Shown here: positions 1-8,472 of the stretch, one piece after another
Position numbering within the stretch: position 1 is the first letter of the stretch
Layout of the letters: every line of letters starts with the position of its first letter
NCBI GenBank assembly: GCA_946625545.1
Contig: CAMOTC010000002.1
Coordinates: forward strand, 1-43,563
From: an uncultured Clostridia bacterium
GTDB lineage: Bacteria; Bacillota; Clostridia; Christensenellales; CAG-1252
DNA: 43,563 nucleotides
Reading direction: 5' to 3'
The notes under the pieces: generated by a model
Told to the model about the DNA's origin: nothing
The model's database searches: none
What the model saw: the letters and a program-made list of their open reading frames with translations, nothing else
Program-made: the position numbers and the translations under genes

Positions 1-2011
1 AACGCGCATCATCACTCTCATAGAAAAGTCTATTTTGAGCGGGACAATCATCACATTTCCGCCCATAAGAAACGGCAAAGGGACAATGCGCAAAGCTCAT
101 AAGCGCGACCTTTCCCGCTCGAAACGCGGTATTACCCGCTCCCCCCGATTCAACGGAAGAACAAATCGCATCCGCATCGGAAAAGAAGTCCGAAGCCAGA
201 CGATTATAGATATTCAGCCCAAATCCCGCAATAAAACCCCTCTTCATATCTCGTGCGAGAGCGACGCCATATAGATTATCCGTATAGATCCCGACACTTG
301 GCAACTCGCGTAGATAGGAAGTGATCGTCTCGATCTCTGCATTTCGCAGAATGCGCGGGAGTCGCAAGTAGCACCTTTTATCTTTTGCATCGAGGAGAAA
401 TCGCTTTATTGCCGCAACGTCGATGATCTCAGGGGATATCACGAATGCATCGGCGCTGTCATACTCCTTTTTCATCGTAAGATCGGAGATTTCAAAGATC
501 TTCCCGACGATCCGTGAGACGCCTTGAACAGCCATCTCCGCATCACGGTAATGATAGTGCGGTGTACGGCACGCGATGATCTCATTACGTAGTTTTTCCA
601 AAAGATCACGGCGTAAAGCGTTGATCTCGCTGACCTTGACAAAGATCGACGCTTCGGTACGATCCTCTATCTTTTTGATACAAAAATCGGTGTTCCCGAC
701 CTTGGATAGTTTTTCGATAATGGCGGAATTATCCGTAGAATCCGATCTTTCCGCAACGGAATCACTCGAAAGGCTCACCGCTATATCCCCGCAGGACGCC
801 GTCACCGTAATTGGCGTGCCGACGGCACCATTCAAAGCAAATTCGATCGGGAGAGTGTTCTTGACGTTCTCGGCATCTTTTACGGCGATCGCATTTGTCG
901 TGAGACGCAGTTCATCCCCTTTTTGCACGCCGTCGCTCACGGGGATAATATACGCCCCCTTATCCATGCGCACGGAAGTAACGTCACTGCCCCCTACTTC
1001 GAGTCCTTTCCTTAGGATCTTTACGCCGTCTCCCTTTGAAAGAGTATAACGAGAGCAAACGTGTGCGAACTTATATCCGTTTCGAGTCTCAACGGATAAA
1101 ACTTCTCCGATCGGGACGCCGATATGCGATGCGGTTTTAGTATTGATGATACTCTTGCTCTTTACCAAGGTATAACCGTCGGTATATCCGCGATTGAAAC
1201 TCTCTGATAAAGCGGAGAGGGAGTCTCGAGCATCACGCCCGCACAAAATATCGCGATAATACTTGACTGCGTAATATACGTATGCGGGGCGCTTGAGCCG
1301 CCCTTCTATCTTTATAGAATCCACGCCGAGCGTGGCAATATCACGCACCTTTTCTCCGAGAGAGAGATCACGCGGGGATAAGAGTTTCCCCTTGAGTAAG
1401 ACTTGTCCGTTTTCGTCTTTTGCGGTGTACGTTAATCGGCAGGCTTGGTTACATACGCCGCGATTTCCGCTCTGACCATAGACCTTGCTCCCGAGAAGAC
1501 ACCCCCCCGAGAAGGAGACGCAGATCGCCCCTTGGACAAAGATCTCGACCTCATCCACGCATTTCTTGATCTCTGTAATATCCTCCAAAGGAGTCTCACG
1601 CGATAAGATCAATCTCTTTATATTCAACTCTTTTAAACACGCAGCATCAAGGGCATTTTGCACCCCCGCCTGCGTGGAGAGGTGGATGGGAATATCCATT
1701 CTATCCGAAATCGCCCTGACCGCACCGAGATCGGAGACGATGAGCGCATCGGCGCCACAACGCGCCGCACCTTCAGCAAGCTCGAGGATGCGAAACAATT
1801 CATCATCCTTAACCGCAGTATTGATCGTAACGTACACTTTTACAGCGAAAAGGTGGGCATAGCCCACCCATTCGGAAAGATTATTCAAGGTAAAATCGGA
1901 TGATTTGATACGAGCATTATGCTCGCCGAGTCCGAGATAAACGGCGTCCGCACCCCCCGCGATCGCGGCCTTTAAGGATAGAATGCTACCGGCAGGGGCG
2001 AGGATCTCCAT
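1..2011 (-). CDS. U32 family peptidase-like protein (long form with extended C-terminal region); partial, 3' end runs off the left edge
   Basis: Absent from the ORF track because it has no stop in the window. Hand translation of the minus strand from ATG 2011..2009 gives MEILAPAGSILSLKAAIAGGADAVYLGLGEHNARIKSSDF...VYVTINT...IFVQGAICVSFSGGCLLGS...GNRGVCNQACRL...IKIEGRLKRPAYV...FNRGYTDGY, which are typical U32 (collagenase-like/TrhP-RlhA family) motifs. The frame stayed open through all 670 codons to position 1. The ATG overlaps the pheT stop (TAATG). Confidence 0.8.
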   Translation of the reverse strand, partial: MEILAPAGSILSLKAAIAGGADAVYLGLGEHNARIKSSDFTLNNLSEWVGYAHLFAVKVYVTINTAVKDDELFRILELAEGAARCGADALIVSDLGAVRAISDRMDIPIHLSTQAGVQNALDAACLKELNIKRLILSRETPLEDITEIKKCVDEVEIFVQGAICVSFSGGCLLGSKVYGQSGNRGVCNQACRLTYTAKDENGQVLLKGKLLSPRDLSLGEKVRDIATLGVDSIKIEGRLKRPAYVYYAVKYYRDILCGRDARDSLSALSESFNRGYTDGYTLVKSKSIINTKTASHIGVPIGEVLSVETRNGYKFAHVCSRYTLSKGDGVKILRKGLEVGGSDVTSVRMDKGAYIIPVSDGVQKGDELRLTTNAIAVKDAENVKNTLPIEFALNGAVGTPITVTASCGDIAVSLSSDSVAERSDSTDNSAIIEKLSKVGNTDFCIKKIEDRTEASIFVKVSEINALRRDLLEKLRNEIIACRTPHYHYRDAEMAVQGVSRIVGKIFEISDLTMKKEYDSADAFVISPEIIDVAAIKRFLLDAKDKRCYLRLPRILRNAEIETITSYLRELPSVGIYTDNLYGVALARDMKRGFIAGFGLNIYNRLASDFFSDADAICSSVESGGAGNTAFRAGKVALMSFAHCPFAVSYGRKCDDCPAQNRLFYESDDAR

Positions 2012-4410
2012 TAGTCTCTCAGTTTCGCGCCGAAGTCATCGGACATCGCCGAAATGATCGCGTCAACGGTCTTATTGATCTCTTCTCCGTCTAAAGTACC
2101 GTCGTCCTTGCGGAATAAGAGGTTAAAGGCGATGGACTTCTTACCGGGAAGCACGCCGATGCCTTGATAAACGTCAAAGATCGAGGCTTGACGCAGATAT
2201 TCCCCGCCGACTTTGCGGATCGCTTTCAACATATCACCCGCATAAACGTCCTCACCGACGACAAAGGCGAGATCACGCTCGATCGAGGGGAACTTGCTGA
2301 TGGGTACAAAGGGGAGGAAATCCTTCGAATGATCAATAAATGCGTCGAGATCGATCTCGGAGATATAGAGTTCGGGATCGAATTTACGCGTTTTCACAAC
2401 GGCGGGATGGAGCTGTCCGATATAGCCGACCTTTTCTCCGTTGATCGTGATGAATGCCTGCCTATAGGGATGCAGGAAAGTCTCGTCGGAAGCCACAAAG
2501 TCCACGGGAACGTTGAAACGGTCCGCGAGCGCCTCGACGACACCTTTCAAGGTATAGAAATCCACTTTTTCGCCAAAGGAAGCAAGGATCAAGGTCTCCT
2601 TTTCGATCGCGGTATCCGTCATCGGAAGAGCTTTCGGGAAATAAGTCTTGCCGATCTCGTAGAAAGACGCCTCTTTGACGCCGCGAGAATAATTGGACGC
2701 GCAGATAGAGAACATACTCGGAGCAAGCGTCGTACGCATAACAGAGACGTCCTCGCTGAGAGGATTGAGGATCTTGATCAGATTTCTCCTCGGATCATTC
2801 TCCTTCAGGCAGAAATCATCAACAAATTTCGGCGAAATGAAGGAATAGGAAAACGTCTCGGACAATCCGCAAAGACCGGAGAGGAAAGCTTTGACCTTCT
2901 GCACGATACGATCGCGGGAATTTCTGCCGCCCTGCGTAAGCTTTTTACCATCCAGCGGCTTGCCGACGATATTATCGTAACCGTAGAGACGAATAACCTC
3001 CTCTGCGATGTCGTTCGCGCCGACGATATCTTCACGATACTTGGGTATGGTGATCGTCATTTCGTCCCCATTCGCGATGACGTCGAACTGCAAAGACTTC
3101 AAAATGCGGAGGATCTCATCCGTTGCAACGTCGATCCCGAGGATCTCGTCGATCTTTGACTTTTTGACGTTGATAACGGCGGGCTCGATCGCCTTTTTCA
3201 AGGTATCGACGGTACCCTTACAGAAGGTACCCGCCTGAAGTCTCGTCACGAGCTGGATCGCGCGGATCAAAGCAAGATCCTGACTGACATAGTCGATCCC
3301 TTTCTCAAAACGTGCGGAAGAGTCGGAATGAAGTCCGAGAGTGCGCGCCGTCTTGCGGATGTTATCGCGCTTAAACCTCGCGAACTCAAAGACGACGGTA
3401 TCGGTGGTATCCGATATACCGCTATCTGCGCCGCCCATCACGCCTGCGACAGCCATCGGGATCTCCGCATTGGCGATCACGAGGTTATTATCGCTGAGAT
3501 GATTTTCCGTACCGTCCAGGGTAACGATGGTTTCCCCTGCCATAGCGCGACGAACAATGATCTCACCGCCCTTGATATCCTTATAGTCGAAGGCGTGCAT
3601 CGGCTGACCGATATCAAAGAGGATATAATTGGTAATATCAACGATATTATTGATCGGACGCAGTCCCATTAGGCGGAGACGCCTCTTGATGAGCTCGTCG
3701 GAGGGCCCGATCTTTACATTACGGAGCATCTTTGCGAGATAACGCGGGCAGAGCTCGTTATCCCTGACCTCCACTTTGAGAGCGGGCGCGATATCGCCCG
3801 ACTCTGCGATCTCGGGAAGCTGAAAAGTATCCTTCATCGGCTGACCGAGGACAGCGGCGATCTCACGCGCGATGCCGATAATGCTATTGCAATCAGGGCG
3901 ATTTGCCGTAACGGATACATCAAAGATCACGTCGTTCGTGCCGATAAAATCATTGATATCCGTCCCGGGAAGGATATCATTCGGGAAGATAAAGACGCCG
4001 TCGATCCCCGCCGCAGGATAGTCCGCACCGGTGAGTTTCAATTCGCTGCCGCCGCAGAACATACCTTCGCTGAGTACGCCGCGAAGCTCGCCTTTCTTGA
4101 TCTCCGTGCCGTCGGGAAGTCTCGATCCGTCAAGCGCGAGAGCCACGACGTCACCGACGTTCACGTTCGTCGCCGCAGTAACGATCTGGAGCTTTCTCTC
4201 CCCCGCATCGACTTGGCAGATACGGAGCTTGTCCGCATTGGGGTGCTTCTCGATAGAAAGGATCTTGACCGCTTTGATATTTACATAATCGTCCGAGGGG
4301 CGAATGACATCCTCGATCTCAAACCCTGCGCCGACAAGTTTCGCCGCGAGCTCGTCCACCGAGACATTGATATCCACATATTCTTTCAACCAACTTAAAG
4401 GTGCTTTCAT
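2011..4410 (-). CDS. pheT: phenylalanine--tRNA ligase beta subunit
   Basis: 799-aa ORF with the typical PheT N-terminus (MKAPLSWLKEYVDI), a tRNA-binding/B3-4/B5 and C-terminal FDX-ACB-like layout, and a position directly downstream of pheS. Confidence 0.95.
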   Translation of the reverse strand: MKAPLSWLKEYVDINVSVDELAAKLVGAGFEIEDVIRPSDDYVNIKAVKILSIEKHPNADKLRICQVDAGERKLQIVTAATNVNVGDVVALALDGSRLPDGTEIKKGELRGVLSEGMFCGGSELKLTGADYPAAGIDGVFIFPNDILPGTDINDFIGTNDVIFDVSVTANRPDCNSIIGIAREIAAVLGQPMKDTFQLPEIAESGDIAPALKVEVRDNELCPRYLAKMLRNVKIGPSDELIKRRLRLMGLRPINNIVDITNYILFDIGQPMHAFDYKDIKGGEIIVRRAMAGETIVTLDGTENHLSDNNLVIANAEIPMAVAGVMGGADSGISDTTDTVVFEFARFKRDNIRKTARTLGLHSDSSARFEKGIDYVSQDLALIRAIQLVTRLQAGTFCKGTVDTLKKAIEPAVINVKKSKIDEILGIDVATDEILRILKSLQFDVIANGDEMTITIPKYREDIVGANDIAEEVIRLYGYDNIVGKPLDGKKLTQGGRNSRDRIVQKVKAFLSGLCGLSETFSYSFISPKFVDDFCLKENDPRRNLIKILNPLSEDVSVMRTTLAPSMFSICASNYSRGVKEASFYEIGKTYFPKALPMTDTAIEKETLILASFGEKVDFYTLKGVVEALADRFNVPVDFVASDETFLHPYRQAFITINGEKVGYIGQLHPAVVKTRKFDPELYISEIDLDAFIDHSKDFLPFVPISKFPSIERDLAFVVGEDVYAGDMLKAIRKVGGEYLRQASIFDVYQGIGVLPGKKSIAFNLLFRKDDGTLDGEEINKTVDAIISAMSDDFGAKLRD

Positions 4411-4418
4411 ATTATCTC

Positions 4419-5435
4419 CTACTTATACTGCTTCAAGAAATTCACGTCGTTTTCGTACATCAAACGGATATCGGGGATACCGTATTTCAGCATCGCGATC
4501 CTATCGATACCGAAACCGAAAGCGAAACCGCTGTATTTCTTGGAATCAATGCCGCAATTCTCGAGAACGACGGGGTTCACGATGCCTGCGCCGAGGATCT
4601 CGATCCAACCTGTCCCCTTGCAAAGACGGCAGCCCTTCCCGCCGCACATACTGCAACTGATATCCACCTCGACGCTGGGCTCGGTAAAGGGGAAATAGGA
4701 AGGTCTGAAACGCACTTTCGTATCCTTGGTAAAGGTAGATTTTGCAAAGATCTCGAGCATATTCTTGAGATGCGCGAGAGAGATGCCCTCCTCTACGCAG
4801 AGACCTTCGATCTGATTGAAGATCGGGCTATGCGTGGCGTCGTCGTCTGCGCGATATACCTTGCCGGGAACGACGATACGAATGGGAGGCTTCTCGGAAA
4901 GCATCGTTCTGGACTGCATCGGAGAGGTGTGGGTGCGAAGCAAAATGTTCTCGCTGATATAGAAGGTATCCTGCATATCTCTCGCAGGATGATCTGCGGG
5001 GATGCCGAGGGTCTGGAAGTTGTAATAATCCGTCTCGATCTCGGGCCCTTCCTTGACCGCAAATCCGAGACCGATAAAGGTATCGAGGATCTCGTTCTTT
5101 ACCTTCGTGATAGGATGCATCGAGCCGATCTTGTAACCCTTGGAGAGAGTCACGTCGATCTTCTCCGACTTTAGCTTGCGAGCCTCTTCTTTCGCACGGA
5201 AATACGCCTCTTTCTCGGCGAGCATATTCTCGAGGCGGACTTTACCCTCGTTGATCAGCTTACCGATCGGACCTCTGTCCTGCGGAGCAACGTCCTTTAA
5301 TCCGCGCAAAAGTCCGGTATATTCCCCGCTCTTTCCGAGGAAAGTAACGCGGATATCTCCGACCTCTGCGACAGACGATGCTTTCTCGAGGCGGTCTTTT
5401 ACTTTTTCTACCAATTCTTTGATCTTATCTATCAT
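4419..5435 (-). CDS. pheS: phenylalanine--tRNA ligase alpha subunit
   Basis: 338-aa ORF with class II aaRS motifs (HPITKV..., FRPSYFPFTEPS, GFAFGFGIDRIAML). GAGGAG Shine-Dalgarno lies 5 nt upstream of the ATG. Confidence 0.95.
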   Translation of the reverse strand: MIDKIKELVEKVKDRLEKASSVAEVGDIRVTFLGKSGEYTGLLRGLKDVAPQDRGPIGKLINEGKVRLENMLAEKEAYFRAKEEARKLKSEKIDVTLSKGYKIGSMHPITKVKNEILDTFIGLGFAVKEGPEIETDYYNFQTLGIPADHPARDMQDTFYISENILLRTHTSPMQSRTMLSEKPPIRIVVPGKVYRADDDATHSPIFNQIEGLCVEEGISLAHLKNMLEIFAKSTFTKDTKVRFRPSYFPFTEPSVEVDISCSMCGGKGCRLCKGTGWIEILGAGIVNPVVLENCGIDSKKYSGFAFGFGIDRIAMLKYGIPDIRLMYENDVNFLKQYK

Positions 5436-5453
5436 AACGACTCCTCAATGAAG

Positions 5454-5494
5454 TATTATAGATAAAGATTATCACTTATATAAATAAGTGTCAA
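5454..5494 (-). promoter_or_regulatory. SigA-type promoter for pheST, with two possible -10 boxes
   Basis: Minus strand reads TTGACA (5489..5494), 17 nt, TAATCT (5466..5471) preceded by TGa. A perfect TATAAT at 5454..5459 is an alternative -10. Either choice gives a leader of only about 14-25 nt that contains the SD. Confidence 0.5.
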
Positions 5495-5524
5495 GAAACG
5501 GAGATTACTTTTTAGAGAGAAAAT

Positions 5525-6172
5525 CTAGGGAATGAGATCGAGATAGCCCGTCGCGTTTTCGTTTGCAACGTACACGTTGGGGATCTCTCCGATGATGACG
5601 TTCTCTGCGACGAGGACGTTATTACTGAGCGCGATCTCGTGCTCCGCGATCGGGAGAACGGTATTGAATAGAACGTCGATCTTAGCGTAGATACAGTGAC
5701 GCGTTTGATTGATCCCGACATTCTCAAAAGAAGTCACGAAATCGCACTTTACGGTAGAGAAAAAGGTGATATCCACCCCGACTTCAGGTCCGCTATTAGA
5801 CATCAGCGCCGATCCCGTAAACGCTCCCATCGGGATACATACTCTTTGTTTGCCGATTGCATTCAGCGCATTTTCGCATCGAAGCGCGAGACTGCGTACA
5901 AATCCGTTCGCCATAGGCGTATTCGTGCCGAGAAAGAGGATCTTTCCCGCCTCGTCCCGCGCGATCTCGATAAAATCCGAGTATTCATAGAGCGCGACGA
6001 CGTCCGCACTGCTTCGATTGATGGATTCCATGCCGAGAGAGGCGATCAATGCGTCGCAATATGTGAAGACAACGGGCTTCACGTTGCTCTGCCAGGACAA
6101 AACGGTCGTCGTCACCACGATCGCAAGGATAAGCAAAAGCACAAGGAAGATGCGTTTCGTCCTTTTTTTCAT
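5525..6172 (-). CDS. yunB: sporulation protein YunB
   Basis: 215 aa with an N-terminal membrane anchor (IFLVLLLILAIVV) and a YunB-like core (GAFTGSALMSNSGPEVGVDI...ENVGINQTRHCIYAKIDV...VLVAENVIIGEIPNVY). Confidence 0.7.
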   Translation of the reverse strand: MKKRTKRIFLVLLLILAIVVTTTVLSWQSNVKPVVFTYCDALIASLGMESINRSSADVVALYEYSDFIEIARDEAGKILFLGTNTPMANGFVRSLALRCENALNAIGKQRVCIPMGAFTGSALMSNSGPEVGVDITFFSTVKCDFVTSFENVGINQTRHCIYAKIDVLFNTVLPIAEHEIALSNNVLVAENVIIGEIPNVYVANENATGYLDLIP

Positions 6173-6202
6173 ATCTATTTATATGGTAAAATGGGGAAAA
6201 AG

Positions 6203-6766
6203 TTACGGATTTAAGAGATTTTGTGCGTAGAAAAGATCTTTGTCGTACTCTCTCATGAGACCTTCGTAGCGAACGGTCACGTTCTCGAGAGAACAGAAAC
6301 ACTCGGGCGTGACGACGTTGCCGAAATGCAGCTCGGGGATGACGCGTGCACAAACTAGGAGATAGTTAACAAACTGACTGCAATAGAACTTTCGATAAGA
6401 CTTTTGATAATTGACGTTGTTTCTCGCCTTTAAGATGCCGAGGAAATTATATCCGAAAGTCTTTTTGTCCGCAATAAACTGCTGAATATAGTTTTCGATG
6501 ATTGCGTATGCTTCGTCGGTGACAGGTAGCTCGAGGACTTTCGCGATGGTCTTATTAAAGCGCTTAAAAGTGCCCTTCCTCGGGCTCTCGATCACAAAGC
6601 CGCCCCAAAAGAAGATATAAGGATTGAGCCTACCGAAAGAATACATCTCTTCGAGGTCCTCGCGGAGAGAGATGGATATATGATTATAGGTATTGCCGGT
6701 GTGACGTCTGATCAACTTAGAAAATGACGTACCCGTATGTGTCAAAACCAAGTAAATGTTTTTCAC
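6203..6766 (-). CDS. hypothetical protein, permuted papain-like amidase fold (YaeF/YiiX, peptidase C92-like)
   Basis: 187 aa. An early His motif (TGNTYNHISISL) is followed late by GYNF...KFYCSQFV, the His-then-Cys order of permuted NlpC/P60-like C92 proteins. GTG start with no obvious SD. The assignment is by motif memory only. Confidence 0.45.
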   Translation of the reverse strand: MKNIYLVLTHTGTSFSKLIRRHTGNTYNHISISLREDLEEMYSFGRLNPYIFFWGGFVIESPRKGTFKRFNKTIAKVLELPVTDEAYAIIENYIQQFIADKKTFGYNFLGILKARNNVNYQKSYRKFYCSQFVNYLLVCARVIPELHFGNVVTPECFCSLENVTVRYEGLMREYDKDLFYAQNLLNP

Positions 6767-6840
6767 TTTAATTCATATTATCACGTTTTCCACGATATGA
6801 AAACAAATATTTTATTTCTTCGCATTTCGTTTCAAGCCAT

Positions 6841-7527
6841 TTACAAGGATTGCAAGAGGATAGGAAGCTCGGAAAGAGATGCGACTTCGCTCCGCGGAAT
6901 GGCATACTCGGGGTTCGGCAGGTGCTCGGGATTATAGCGGATCGTGTAGAGTCCATATCCGTTTCCGCCGGAAATATCCGAGGTTGGGCTATCTCCGATC
7001 AACACCGTCGAGGAGAGATCAAAATCGGGGATAGAGCGCACGCAGTGATCAAAGAACTCTTTATTCGGCTTTACTGCCCCGATGCACTGAGAAATAAAGA
7101 TATCTTTGAAATATTTTCCGATATCTGCGCTGCGAATGCGCCCTCTCTGGGTATATTCGTACCCATTCGTGACGGCGTACAGATCATATCTCTTTGATAA
7201 AGTCTCGAGCACTTCTCGCGCTCCCTGAATGAGGACGTTCGTTGCGGCGAGATGTTCCATATAGAGATCGGCGAACTGCGCGGCGTCCAAGCAAAGAGAA
7301 AAACGACTCAAGAAAACCTCGAATCGTTTCACTCTGAGCTCATCGCGGGTGATCTCCCCTCTTTCGAGAGCTTTCCACATCGCATCATTTATCTCGCTGT
7401 ATGCAGTCAAGTCGCTGTCGTTAAAAGAAATAGCGCACTTCGTGAGAGAAGCGGCAAGTGCCTGTCTTTCGCACGCTTTGAAGTCAAAGATCGTATCGTC
7501 AAGATCAAGAAAAACTGTCTTTATCAT
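6841..7527 (-). CDS. HAD-superfamily hydrolase, YjjG-like nucleotidase subfamily
   Basis: HAD motif I is DLDDTIFDF, motif II is AVTNG, and motif III/IV is K...GDSPTSDISGG. The track ORF starts at a TTG (7554). I prefer the ATG at 7527 (MIKTVFLDLDDT), which places motif I at the usual distance from the N-terminus. Confidence 0.75.
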   Translation of the reverse strand: MIKTVFLDLDDTIFDFKACERQALAASLTKCAISFNDSDLTAYSEINDAMWKALERGEITRDELRVKRFEVFLSRFSLCLDAAQFADLYMEHLAATNVLIQGAREVLETLSKRYDLYAVTNGYEYTQRGRIRSADIGKYFKDIFISQCIGAVKPNKEFFDHCVRSIPDFDLSSTVLIGDSPTSDISGGNGYGLYTIRYNPEHLPNPEYAIPRSEVASLSELPILLQSL

Positions 7528-7533
7528 AGTATT

Positions 7534-7562
7534 GTTATAAATGATAACGCTCAAAAAGGCAA
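7534..7562 (-). promoter_or_regulatory. putative promoter abutting the HAD start codon (leaderless layout)
   Basis: Minus strand reads TTGCCT (7557..7562), 17 nt, TATAAC (7534..7539), aatact, ATG (7527). There is no SD. Confidence 0.4.
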
Positions 7563-7583
7563 GCTAATTCGAGGCTAGCGGGA

Positions 7584-8288
7584 TCAAAACTCACCTTTCA
7601 TAACCTCGGCAAGGACGAGAGCCGCGATCTCTCTCATCCCTTTTTTATTCGGATGAAGGTTATCCATCGATTCATAACCAGGGGCGGAACGATAGATATC
7701 GATCAACTTGCACCCTTTCTCTGCGGCGCACTCGCGGATCGCACGGCAGTATGCTGAGAGAGGGCGTCCGTTCTTTGTATAAGGTAGCGAAAAGTTCGCA
7801 TCGCTCATACGATCGCTATTTGTCAAAGTAAAGCACCATATCTCAGTATAAGGATAATTTTTGCGGATTTTTTCGAGCATTATACGATATGCGGGCTTGA
7901 AAACTCCGATATCGTTTTCCTCTCCTTTCTCGGGATCGATCGGCATATTCCATCCCCAGTCGTTGGTGCCGATATACACCATCACGATATCGGGAGAGAG
8001 ACCATTTTCTCCGAGAAAAGCAGTACGCGCGTCGCTCGCACCGTAGGACTCGATCTCACATTGAGGATGCTTGGTGACGAGACTACCCGACCAAGCGTTG
8101 TCCACGAGGAGTTTGCCACCGAGCGTGCCGATCACGATCCCCCACCAAGTATCCTCGGGCGAGAGGAGATCCGCTTCGCACTTGCGTTCGGCAGTATAAA
8201 AGGTATTGTACCAAGAAGGACTCACCCCTTCGTATGTACTGATGGAGTCACCCATGATAGAAAAATATTTATTTTTATATTTATTCAT
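7584..8288 (-). CDS. SGNH/GDSL-family hydrolase
   Basis: Block I is GDSIS, block III is GTNDW and block V is DNLHPN. 234 aa, with a GGAGGA SD upstream. Confidence 0.8.
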   Translation of the reverse strand: MNKYKNKYFSIMGDSISTYEGVSPSWYNTFYTAERKCEADLLSPEDTWWGIVIGTLGGKLLVDNAWSGSLVTKHPQCEIESYGASDARTAFLGENGLSPDIVMVYIGTNDWGWNMPIDPEKGEENDIGVFKPAYRIMLEKIRKNYPYTEIWCFTLTNSDRMSDANFSLPYTKNGRPLSAYCRAIRECAAEKGCKLIDIYRSAPGYESMDNLHPNKKGMREIAALVLAEVMKGEF

Positions 8289-8311
8289 TATTCCCTATCC
8301 TCCATCCTTTT

Positions 8312-8344
8312 TTAATAAGAAAGGCACTTTAAAAAAAGTGCCTT
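8312..8344 (-). terminator. hairpin immediately 3' of tRNA-Leu (possible intrinsic terminator)
   Basis: Minus strand reads AAGGCACTTT-TTTT-AAAGTGCCTT (8321..8344), followed by UCUUAUU. The stem is good but the U-tract is only moderate. Confidence 0.45.
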
Positions 8345-8431
8345 TGGTGCGGAAAACGGGACTTGAACCCACACAGTATTGCTACCACAAGAACCTGAAT
8401 CTTGCGCGTCTGCCAATTCCGCCATTTCCGC
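8345..8431 (-). tRNA. tRNA-Leu, anticodon CAG, class II with long variable arm, CCA encoded
   Basis: The reverse complement is GCGGAAATGGCGGAATTGGCAGACGCGCAAGATTCAGGTTCTTGTGGTAGCAATACTGTGTGGGTTCAAGTCCCGTTTTCCGCACCA. The acceptor stem is GCGGAAA/TTTCCGC, the anticodon stem is CAAGA/TCTTG with loop TTCAGGT, and the T-loop is TTCAAGT. Confidence 0.9.
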
Positions 8432-8443
8432 TTACGTTTTATT

Positions 8444-8472
8444 ATTGTAATGGGTCTATCACGCAAAGTCAA
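8444..8472 (-). promoter_or_regulatory. SigA-type promoter for tRNA-Leu
   Basis: Minus strand reads TTGACT (8467..8472), 17 nt, TACAAT (8444..8449). The -10 lies 12 nt upstream of the mature tRNA 5' end. The -35 overlaps the stop codon of the transglycosylase gene. Confidence 0.6.

Noticed and set aside
2164-5174. Plus-strand ORFs 2164..3159 (331 aa) and 4401..5174 (257 aa) opposite pheT and pheS
   Set aside because: They are antisense to canonical aminoacyl-tRNA synthetase subunits and show the same stop-poor antisense-frame effect.
6203-8431. Possible genomic islet (papain-like, HAD and SGNH genes) integrated at the 3' end of tRNA-Leu
   Set aside because: There is no integrase or recombinase, and I could not find a direct repeat of the tRNA 3' end near 6170..6210. 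Composition does not visibly differ from the flanks, and the genes are ordinary small enzymes.
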